Of a stretch of 64,000 nucleotides of DNA, positions 56,464-64,000 are shown one piece after another. The stretch is taken from positions 708,023 to 772,022 of the forward strand of contig JBMORU010000001.1 of NCBI GenBank assembly GCA_049322215.1, in the 5' to 3' direction. Numbering within the stretch: position 1 is the first letter of the stretch; every line of letters starts with the position of its first letter. The position numbers and the translations under genes are program-made. The stretch comes from Patescibacteria group bacterium. GTDB taxonomy: Bacteria > Patescibacteriota > WWE3 > UBA101185 > UBA10185. The notes below the pieces were generated by a model. It had not been told where the DNA came from, searched no databases, and was given only the letters and a program-made list of their open reading frames with translations.

Positions 56464-58188
56464 TTAACCTTTCAGTAAACTTTCAATTTTATTCTGTATA
56501 TCTTCAACATAAAAAGGACGGCCATCGTATTTAAGCATATTATCTTTTATTTCCACCGAAGTTTGCTGTTTTATCCATCCTCCCATTTGTGCTGAATAAT
56601 TGCATTCAATGTTAACAACATGTTTTGCATTGTTTAATACTTGCTTAACTTTTTCTACTGGAAAAGGATTAGCCCATGTAATATGTAGGTAGTTTACGTT
56701 TTTATAATTTTTTATAGCTTGTAGAATACTGCCTTTATTGCTTCCCCACGATACTAAGGTAATGTCAGCCTTTTCAGGCCCGTACAAAGTTGGATCTTGC
56801 ATATCTTGCTCGGCACATGTAACTAGTTTTTGCATTCGTTTTTTCATTTGTTCATTTCTATTTTTTATTTCTTCGTTAGATAATCCTTGCAAGTCATGTT
56901 CATCTGAATTAGCTATAAAAAAGTTACCGCTTCCTGGTACTGATCTCTGAGATATTCCGTCGCTTTCTAATTTGTATCTTTCAAAGTTTTCTATTTTTTC
57001 CAAAACCAGTTTCCCTCTATCGGTTTTGTAATTTGTAGGGTCAAACATAGGAACGCTTTGGTCGTTTTCGCATAGGTTTTTGTCAATTAAAATTACTACA
57101 GGTGTTTGGTATTTTTCAGCTAAATTAAAAGCTTTCATTGTCGTATCAAATACTTCTTGTGCATCACCTGGCGTTAAAATAATTTTAGGAAATTCACCCT
57201 GGTGCGCGTGAATTACAAATCTTAAATCATCTTGAGCACTCCAGGTAGGTAATCCTGTGGCAGGGCCTCCGCGCATACCCTCTACAATTACAATTGGGGT
57301 TTCTGTTATGCCTGCCAAGCCATAACCCTCAGACATTAAGCAAAATCCGCCGCCAGAAGTTGCAGTCATGGCTCTAGCCCCTGCAAAAGAGGCGCCCAAC
57401 GCCATATTTATTGCAGATATTTCGTCTTCGGGTTGTTTATATACATATCCATATTCTTCCTGGTGCTCTGCTAAAACATGTAAGATGTTTGAAATAGGTG
57501 ACATCGGGTAAATAGCTGCAAATTGTAACCCTGCAGATATTGCTCCCAAGGCAACCGCTTCGTTTCCATTTACAATCATATTTTCTTTTAGGGAAGCTAT
57601 TGAAGTTTCTGGTGACAGTGTGCTTTTTTGTATGTTTGCATAATTGCTTAACGCGTAATTATAGCCAAGTTCCGCGGCTTTTAAGTCGGCTAACACAATG
57701 CTTTCGCCTTTATGCTCAAACTGCTCTCTTACAAATTTTTGAAGCAATATCAAATTTCCGCTTAGGAGTCCTGCTGCTGCTCCCAAAGCTACCATATTAA
57801 TTAAAATTTCCTTACCCCCCGCTTCTTCGGCAAGTTTTGCTAAAGGTATTGGACAAAGTTTAACGTTAGGATTCACATTTTCTGTTTTTAGTTTTTTATC
57901 GCCGTCAAAAATTATGCACGACTTTGGTGTTAATTCGTTTAAATGTAAATTTATAGTTTCTTGATTAAGTGCAACTAATAAGTCGGTTTTGTTACTTGGT
58001 CCTAGCACTTCTTCATTGGACACATTTACCTGAATTACGTTGTGCCCTCCTTTTATAATTGATGGGTACTCAACGTAGTTATATATATGTTTGCCGGATC
58101 TTGCTGCATATTTTGCAAAAAGCTGTCCTGACGACTTTACACCTTGCCCTGCTGCTCCCCCAATTTTTAAGGTTAAAATGCTTTGCAT
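56464..58188 (-). CDS. 2-oxoacid:ferredoxin oxidoreductase alpha subunit (gamma-alpha fusion)
   Basis: GGAAGQG, YPMSP, EDEISA, TSGGG, RGGPATG. Confidence 0.93.
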   Translation of the reverse strand: MQSILTLKIGGAAGQGVKSSGQLFAKYAARSGKHIYNYVEYPSIIKGGHNVIQVNVSNEEVLGPSNKTDLLVALNQETINLHLNELTPKSCIIFDGDKKLKTENVNPNVKLCPIPLAKLAEEAGGKEILINMVALGAAAGLLSGNLILLQKFVREQFEHKGESIVLADLKAAELGYNYALSNYANIQKSTLSPETSIASLKENMIVNGNEAVALGAISAGLQFAAIYPMSPISNILHVLAEHQEEYGYVYKQPEDEISAINMALGASFAGARAMTATSGGGFCLMSEGYGLAGITETPIVIVEGMRGGPATGLPTWSAQDDLRFVIHAHQGEFPKIILTPGDAQEVFDTTMKAFNLAEKYQTPVVILIDKNLCENDQSVPMFDPTNYKTDRGKLVLEKIENFERYKLESDGISQRSVPGSGNFFIANSDEHDLQGLSNEEIKNRNEQMKKRMQKLVTCAEQDMQDPTLYGPEKADITLVSWGSNKGSILQAIKNYKNVNYLHITWANPFPVEKVKQVLNNAKHVVNIECNYSAQMGGWIKQQTSVEIKDNMLKYDGRPFYVEDIQNKIESLLKG

Positions 58189-58895
58189 TATAAAAACCTT
58201 TCTTTATAAATTCTTTCTTTGGGACATCCCGTGCTAAGAAGTATGTTTGTAGCCCCCTCAATCATTGCTGGGTGGCCACATAAGTAAGCACCGCAGTCAC
58301 TTGTGTTTTGAAAATCATTTTTCATCAGGTCGGTGTTATAACCTTTATGTCCGTTCCATTCGTTATCAGGTTCTAATAGTGCAAAGCGAAAATGAAAGTT
58401 TTTGTATTTTACTTCTAACTCTTCAAAATAATCTTTCCAAAAAATTTCTTTATTATTGGTTAATCCAAAATATAAATATAGTGGAATTTCACTGCTTAAT
58501 GTTTTTAGTTGATAATCAACCATACATTTTAATGGGCTAATACCTGAACCTGTGCCCAGTAGTAGTAAGTTTTTGGCACCGTCCTCAGGATGAATTATAA
58601 ACACACCAAGGGGGCCTAAAAATTCGATTTCATCGTTTTTTTTGAGTCTTTCAAAAAATTGAGAACCCGGCCCTCCAGGTCTAGTATCTACCAGCAACCC
58701 AAATTTTTTGTTTCCATCTTTAGTTGCTAAGGAATATGCACGAAAAGTATGTTCTGCAACTATTACATTTATGTACTGCCCTGGAATAAAGTTAAAATCT
58801 TCTGTAGTTTGAAATTCAAAATAATTAAATTTAGAGGCAAGATTTTTGCTAAGTGTAGTTGTGGCTTTATATCTCAATGGTTTCTGAATGGGCAT
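58188..58895 (-). CDS. FAD/NAD(P)-binding oxidoreductase (FNR-like)
   Basis: PGQY, RAYS, GPLG, GTGSGISP, YLCGHP. Confidence 0.9.
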   Translation of the reverse strand: MPIQKPLRYKATTTLSKNLASKFNYFEFQTTEDFNFIPGQYINVIVAEHTFRAYSLATKDGNKKFGLLVDTRPGGPGSQFFERLKKNDEIEFLGPLGVFIIHPEDGAKNLLLLGTGSGISPLKCMVDYQLKTLSSEIPLYLYFGLTNNKEIFWKDYFEELEVKYKNFHFRFALLEPDNEWNGHKGYNTDLMKNDFQNTSDCGAYLCGHPAMIEGATNILLSTGCPKERIYKERFL

Positions 58896-58933
58896 GCTAT
58901 CAGTTTATTCAAGTTTCATTTCACTGTAAAGAA

Positions 58934-59536
58934 TTAGCGTATTATTTTTAGCTCGGGCCATTTTTTTAACCATTTAGAGGTTTTGGCTTCAAACACTTTT
59001 TCTATTGTATATGGCTTGTTTATACGCACAGTCATGTTAAATAAATCTTGTAGTCCGTAAGGTGCAACAACAAAGTAGTTATTATTTCTTTTAGTGATAC
59101 CTATGCAAGTTGCTGTAGATGGCCAAGTGCTTATAGAATGTTCTAGGTTTTTATACTTTTCAATTTTTTGTCCAAACTTTTCGTGAAACCAAGTGTGTAC
59201 GCCGGCTTCATTTGTTACATCTAGTTTATTAAAGTTTAAATGAGAGAAATTTTGTGAAAGCTTGTTTTCAAGGGCTACTTCTTTTTCCCTAGAATAGCTG
59301 TCATCCCAATAAACTAAGTCGTAGTCGCCAATTCCTTGTGTAATTTCTCTGCTAGTTAAATAGTTCCAAACAGTTTGATTTATGCATCCAGCGCCATAGT
59401 ACCAAGCAAACTTTATGTGCTCTCCTGTTTTATCTAGCAACTCATTTAACACTGGATTGAGTTTAACTATACGTACAAGCTCTTTTTTTTGAACTTCAAT
59501 GGGTGAATTAGCTATGTCTACTTTGGAGTTTCTCAT
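58934..59536 (-). CDS. nucleotidyltransferase family protein (DUF925-like)
   Basis: GAGC..QTVWN, DYDLVY, NEA, APYGL.DL. Confidence 0.85.
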   Translation of the reverse strand: MRNSKVDIANSPIEVQKKELVRIVKLNPVLNELLDKTGEHIKFAWYYGAGCINQTVWNYLTSREITQGIGDYDLVYWDDSYSREKEVALENKLSQNFSHLNFNKLDVTNEAGVHTWFHEKFGQKIEKYKNLEHSISTWPSTATCIGITKRNNNYFVVAPYGLQDLFNMTVRINKPYTIEKVFEAKTSKWLKKWPELKIIR

Positions 59537-61962
59537 TAAACTACAATATTAACTATTTTATTAGGTATATAAATAAATTTTTTCACATTTTGGTTTTCTA
59601 CATACTTACTGATCTGCTCATTACTTAGTGCTAATTTTTTAACGGTTTCTTCCTTAGCGTTTCTTTCTATTTCGAGTGTAGCTCTTACTTTTCCGTTTAC
59701 TTGTATAGCAATGTTTACTGTGTTTCCCAAAGCCAGTTCTTTGCTAAACTCTGGCCAGTCCTGCAAGTGAATGCTGTTTTCCTTTTTCCAGTGCTTGTAG
59801 CTTTTGAACTCCTGCCATAGTTCTTCTGTAACGAATGGAGCGAATGGTGCTACCACTTTTAAAAATCCTTCCCAGTGGTTTTCATTTATGTTCTTTTCGT
59901 CTTTAGCTGAATTTACGAATTTCATTATTTCGCTAACTGCTGTGTTCATTTTTAAGTCAGTCATCATTTCTGTAACACTTTTTACCATTTGATGATAGGC
60001 CTGAGTTAAAAATTTAGAAGACTCTTTTTTTGAAACTTTTGTACGCAACCGATAAATGTTAGCTAACAATTTGTGGCAAGCTGTTACCGCTCTAGGATTC
60101 CAAGGGTAAGTTTCGTCGTAAGGTCCCAAGAAACATAAAACCATTCTTGCTGCGTCTGCTCCGTAAGTATCTAGTAAGTCTTGTGGATTTACAGAGTATT
60201 CAGGGCGAGATTTAGACATTTTTTTGTTGTCTTGACCTAAAAGCATTCCTCCGCTCATTCTCCAGTTAAATGGTTCTGGAGTAGGTAGAAGTCCTTGCTC
60301 ATATAAAAACCTGCACCAAAATCGTGCATATAGCAAGTGGGCGGTAGTGTGCCCTGCGTCTCCAAAATATTTATCTACAGGTAACCAATATTTCATTTTT
60401 TCCATATCAGCAAAGATTTCTGAGTTTTTTGGGTCGATGTAACGTATAAAATACCAGTTTGATCCTGCCCAAGTAGGCATTGTGTCTGTTTCACGTTTTG
60501 CGGGGTTACCGTTACTGTCTGTAGTATTGACCCAGTCTTCAAACTCGCTTAGCGGAGGAAAGTCATCTCTGTTTTTAACTGTATAGGGGTCAATTTCCGG
60601 GATTTTTACTGGTAATTCCCAGTCTGCTTCTATATTTCCGTTTTGAGTATAAATTAAAGGAATAGGATCCCCCCAGTAGCGCTGTCTTGACCAAATTTGA
60701 TCTCTAAGTTTGTATGTTGTTTGTGCTTTACCAATTCCTTTTTGTTCTAAATCTGCAATAATTTTTTTTCTGAATTCGGTTGTGTGCAAACCGTTATATT
60801 TACTGGAGTTAATTGCTGTTCCTTCACCTGAATAACATTCTTCATTTGTTTTTTCATCGGGTGTGTATACGTAGATAATGTTTAAGTTATATTTTTTTGC
60901 AAATTCAAAGTCTCTTTCGTCATGAGCAGGAACACCCATTATTGCCCCTGTTCCAAAAGCCACCATTATGTAGTCTGCTAAAAATATGGGAATCTCCTGA
61001 TTGTTTAATGGGTTTACTGCTTTTATACCTTTTACCTCAATTCCTGTTTTCTCTTTAGTTTGGCGTTCCATGTCAGATAGCTCTGATGAAGTTTTAATAT
61101 AATTCTTCATTTCGCTTTTGTTTTCGGCATTTTTTATCAAATCTTTCACTATTTTATGTTCGGGGGAAATTGCAATAAACGTTGCACCGTAAATAGTATC
61201 AGGTCTGGTTGTAAATACAGTAATTTTTGAAGAATCGGTTGTTTCAAAATCTATTAAGGCCCCTTCCTTTTTTCCTATCCAGTTAATTTGCCCCAGTTTT
61301 ACTGAGTCCATGTATTCTGTGTCTTTTAAGCCCTCTAACAACTTATCTGCGTAATCGGTAATTTTTAAATTCCACTGTTTAAAGGTCTTTCTTTCTACAG
61401 CATAACCACCTCGTTCTGACACTTTGTTGCCTTTTGAGTCGGTAAGTACTTCTTCATCAGCTAAGACCCCAAGTTCAGCACACCACCATACAGGCATTTC
61501 TTTTTGTTCTACTACACCGTTTTCCCACATTTTCAAAAACATCCATTGTGTCCATTTGTAGTATTCTGGGTCACACGTGTTTATTTCACGGTTCCAGTCA
61601 ATTGCATAGCCCATTAATTGCATTGCATTTTTAAAGTCTTTTTCTGCTTGCGCAATAACTTGTTGAGGAGTTTTATTTGTTTTTAAGGCAAATGTTTCTG
61701 CAGGAAGACCAAAAGAATCCCATCCCATGGGGAACATTACGTTATAACCTTGCATACGTAAAAATCTGGAATAAACCTCAGGAACGGTATATCTCATCAT
61801 ATGTCCTGCGTGTAAATACGCACCAGAAGGGTAAGGAAGTTCGGCTAATATATATTTTTTAGGTTTTTCACTAAAATCTATAGCTTCGTAAATATTGTCT
61901 TCGTACCATTTTGATCTCCAGTTTTCTTCTATTTGCTTGTGGTTGTATTTTCTTTCTTTCAT
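59536..61962 (-). CDS. leuS: leucyl-tRNA synthetase
   Basis: PYPSGAYLHAGH, FTTRPDT editing domain, KMSKS. Confidence 0.97.
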   Translation of the reverse strand: MKERKYNHKQIEENWRSKWYEDNIYEAIDFSEKPKKYILAELPYPSGAYLHAGHMMRYTVPEVYSRFLRMQGYNVMFPMGWDSFGLPAETFALKTNKTPQQVIAQAEKDFKNAMQLMGYAIDWNREINTCDPEYYKWTQWMFLKMWENGVVEQKEMPVWWCAELGVLADEEVLTDSKGNKVSERGGYAVERKTFKQWNLKITDYADKLLEGLKDTEYMDSVKLGQINWIGKKEGALIDFETTDSSKITVFTTRPDTIYGATFIAISPEHKIVKDLIKNAENKSEMKNYIKTSSELSDMERQTKEKTGIEVKGIKAVNPLNNQEIPIFLADYIMVAFGTGAIMGVPAHDERDFEFAKKYNLNIIYVYTPDEKTNEECYSGEGTAINSSKYNGLHTTEFRKKIIADLEQKGIGKAQTTYKLRDQIWSRQRYWGDPIPLIYTQNGNIEADWELPVKIPEIDPYTVKNRDDFPPLSEFEDWVNTTDSNGNPAKRETDTMPTWAGSNWYFIRYIDPKNSEIFADMEKMKYWLPVDKYFGDAGHTTAHLLYARFWCRFLYEQGLLPTPEPFNWRMSGGMLLGQDNKKMSKSRPEYSVNPQDLLDTYGADAARMVLCFLGPYDETYPWNPRAVTACHKLLANIYRLRTKVSKKESSKFLTQAYHQMVKSVTEMMTDLKMNTAVSEIMKFVNSAKDEKNINENHWEGFLKVVAPFAPFVTEELWQEFKSYKHWKKENSIHLQDWPEFSKELALGNTVNIAIQVNGKVRATLEIERNAKEETVKKLALSNEQISKYVENQNVKKFIYIPNKIVNIVV

Positions 61963-62054
61963 AATTCCTTTTTTAGACTATAAATAAAATTTTAGCAAAC
62001 CAAATGTTTGCTGTATAAACCTTACACAGAATAATTTAATATTCTGCTATTTAC

Positions 62055-62231
62055 TTATTTGAGCTTGTTAATTTCTTTATGAAGAGTTTTTTTGCGTAAA
62101 ACGGGGTTATACTTCATTAATTGAAGTTTATCTGGTGAGTTTACTTTATTCTTTTCTGTTACATAGGTACGTCGTCCTGTTTCGGTGCATTCAAGTGCTA
62201 TTAGAACTCTGTTACCTTTTTTCTTTGCCAT
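62055..62231 (-). CDS. rpmG: 50S ribosomal protein L33
   Basis: MAKKKGNR...YVTEKN...[14 protein letters not shown]. Confidence 0.95.
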   Translation of the reverse strand: MAKKKGNRVLIALECTETGRRTYVTEKNKVNSPDKLQLMKYNPVLRKKTLHKEINKLK

Positions 62232-62329
62232 AACGTTGCGATAATACAATATATTAAAGTAATGAGCAAGTAGGGAAGTTGTGCTAAAATTTTCAACTAC
62301 AAATCAAATATAACCTATAAAGGAGTAAG

Positions 62330-62713
62330 ATGATGTTTAAAACGTTAGCTAGGGCTTTAAAGATTTTTAACGAAGCTAAATCTCTTCAACGAAATAAGGC
62401 TTCTGTAGTTGATATTTCACAAGCATTGCGTCACCAAGATTTTCTTGGTTTAGGGCATCTTTCGGAAGAAGAGTATGAAGCTGTTTTGGTTAGAGCGTCT
62501 TGCTTATTTTGGAAGCCGGTAAATTTGTGTCATCAGCTTAGCTGGCCAGAGTTTATCATCATTGTAGCGTGGAGTATGAAACATCGTACAACAAGAACTG
62601 ACTTTGACGAAAAAACTATGCTTATTTTGCGGGCTGTTGGCACTGTGGGTGGTATGACTAGGCAAGGTATGTCTCACTATTTTTCTTTTAAGGGTTGGCA
62701 GCCTATTCAATAG
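62330..62713 (+). CDS. hypothetical protein (cassette)
   Basis: AAAGGAG SD; CCTATAA variant upstream. Confidence 0.6.
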   Translation: MMFKTLARALKIFNEAKSLQRNKASVVDISQALRHQDFLGLGHLSEEEYEAVLVRASCLFWKPVNLCHQLSWPEFIIIVAWSMKHRTTRTDFDEKTMLILRAVGTVGGMTRQGMSHYFSFKGWQPIQ

Positions 62714-62752
62714 CCTATAGCGTTTGAATTTGAGACTTGAATGGCGTATAAT
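62714..62752 (+). promoter_or_regulatory. CCTATAG element plus sigma70 promoter
   Basis: CCTATAG-CGT-TTGAAT-17nt-TATAAT directly after upstream stop codon. Confidence 0.65.
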
Positions 62753-62781
62753 TCAAAAAAAACAATAAGGAGATATACGTT

Positions 62782-63126
62782 ATGCGCAAGCTAAAAAAGC
62801 TTATTTTACGTTTGTTTAAGCGCAGCAATTACGCCCCAGTGCCTGGTAAAGAACTGACTGCACCTTGGTGTGAATTAGTAAACTTGAAGGCGCTTGTTTT
62901 TGTTACAGTAAAAAAGGAGTGGGGTCGTTATGTATGGTTTTCTAAACCAGTACTTGGACGCTTGTACGGTAGGGAAACCAAAGAAGGTTGGGAAATCACA
63001 CACCCGGCCCTGAAGACGCCTGCAACCGCCGTTGCTTTCCAGTATGATCAAACGCCCCTTTACACCTCTGGTATTAGGATTTACTTACCAGTGTATCCTA
63101 AACCCGAGGGTGCGCCCAAACGCTAA
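62782..63126 (+). CDS. hypothetical protein (cassette)
   Basis: AAGGAGA SD; terminator follows. Confidence 0.7.
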   Translation: MRKLKKLILRLFKRSNYAPVPGKELTAPWCELVNLKALVFVTVKKEWGRYVWFSKPVLGRLYGRETKEGWEITHPALKTPATAVAFQYDQTPLYTSGIRIYLPVYPKPEGAPKR

Positions 63127-63136
63127 TGCATTAACT

Positions 63137-63182
63137 TGTCTTTGGTAGTGAAATCAACCTCATTGCCAAAGACATTTTTTTT
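63137..63182 (+). terminator. intrinsic terminator
   Basis: TGTCTTTGGTAGTGA / TCATTGCCAAAGACA followed by T8. Confidence 0.8.
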
Positions 63183-63210
63183 CGAATCAAATTTAAGCTA
63201 TTATGTCCCT

Positions 63211-64000
63211 ATGCCTGATAAATACAAAGCGTTATGGATTTCATATTCTTCAATGTCTGATTTTTTAAATTGTCCAAGAGCTTATTACTTAAAAAATGTG
63301 TATAAAAATCCGGAAACTAACAAAAAAATTGAAATAACTAAACCCGCGTTGTCTTTAGGTTCTGCAGTTCATAAAGTAATAGAACCTTTAGCTAAACTAA
63401 AGCCTGAAGATCGTTTTACTAGCGATTTATTTGAAAAATTTTCAGAAGTATTTTCCACATACGAAGGCAAACGAGGCGGATTTGTAGCTAAATCTGATTT
63501 TGATTATTTTAAAAAGCAAGGCTTAGGTATGATTTCAACAGTAATTCAAAATAACGAGCCCCTTATAAAACAGACTTATGTTGCAGAACAAGATTTATTG
63601 CATGGTTGGCTGTCAAAAACTGATGAGGTTATTATTTGTGGGAAAATAGATTGGATTAACCAGCTAGAAGACGACAAACTTGAGGTTATTGACTTTAAAA
63701 CAAGCAAAAGAGAAGAAGAGGATTCGTTGCAGCTACAAATTTATACATTACTTTTATTTTTGCTAAATAAGCAGCAAGTAAATTCTCTAAATTACTGGTA
63801 TTTAAGATTAAACAAAGATTTAACACCTGTAGACTTACCTGATGTTAGAGAGTCAAAAAAAATTGTTTTAGATATTGCCCTAGAAATGAAAGAAGCCCGC
63901 GAAAATAGCAATTTCATATGCCCTAAAAGTGGTTGTTTTCACTGCGAAGAATATGAACAAATAATAAGTGGAAATGCCGAAATGGTAGGCGTAGGTGAAT
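63211..64000 (+). CDS. PD-(D/E)xK nuclease, RecB/AddB-like (3'-truncated by window)
   Basis: Manual translation: SYSS..DFLNCPRAYY, LGSAVH, GKIDW, VIDFKTS, QLQIY, CP..GCFHC. Confidence 0.85.
   Translation, partial: MPDKYKALWISYSSMSDFLNCPRAYYLKNVYKNPETNKKIEITKPALSLGSAVHKVIEPLAKLKPEDRFTSDLFEKFSEVFSTYEGKRGGFVAKSDFDYFKKQGLGMISTVIQNNEPLIKQTYVAEQDLLHGWLSKTDEVIICGKIDWINQLEDDKLEVIDFKTSKREEEDSLQLQIYTLLLFLLNKQQVNSLNYWYLRLNKDLTPVDLPDVRESKKIVLDIALEMKEARENSNFICPKSGCFHCEEYEQIISGNAEMVGVGE

Noticed and set aside
504-63182. Cassette hairpins as integron attC sites
   Set aside because: No consistent RYYYAAC/GTTRRRY boxes, no intI in the window, cassettes have their own promoters and both orientations, and most hairpins have U-tracts.
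1-64000. CRISPR array
   Set aside because: No regularly spaced direct repeats seen; the 63211 nuclease has no cas neighbours in the window.

Overview
AT-rich bacterial chromosome segment. The mostly leaderless genes, pilin-like leaders, 3b-related NiFe hydrogenase and tRNA-overlapping serine recombinase suggest a Patescibacteria/CPR genome, possibly WWE3-like (inference). The backbone carries tRNA-Glu, tRNA-His, leuS, rpmG, glycosyltransferases, CAZymes, csoR-glutaredoxin-dCMP deaminase and a hydrogenase/2-oxoacid:ferredoxin oxidoreductase cluster. A ~13-17 kb island is integrated at tRNA-His. It holds a large serine recombinase whose C-terminus is read from the antisense tRNA, an HTH replication-type protein, a type I R-M system, an HTH-helicase, a five-gene nucleotide-modifying operon and several att-like scars that encode alternative recombinase tails. 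The most striking unexplained pattern is about 18 mostly orphan genes scattered between backbone genes as self-contained cassettes. Most combine a sigma70 promoter carrying a CCTATAG element, an AAGGAG(A) Shine-Dalgarno, one ORF and a long terminator-like hairpin. Other candidates: a Met-rich leader peptide before a SAM hydrolase, a structured mini-insert at tRNA-Glu, two possible ATA starts and several structured non-coding segments. All calls come from manual reading; no searches were run.
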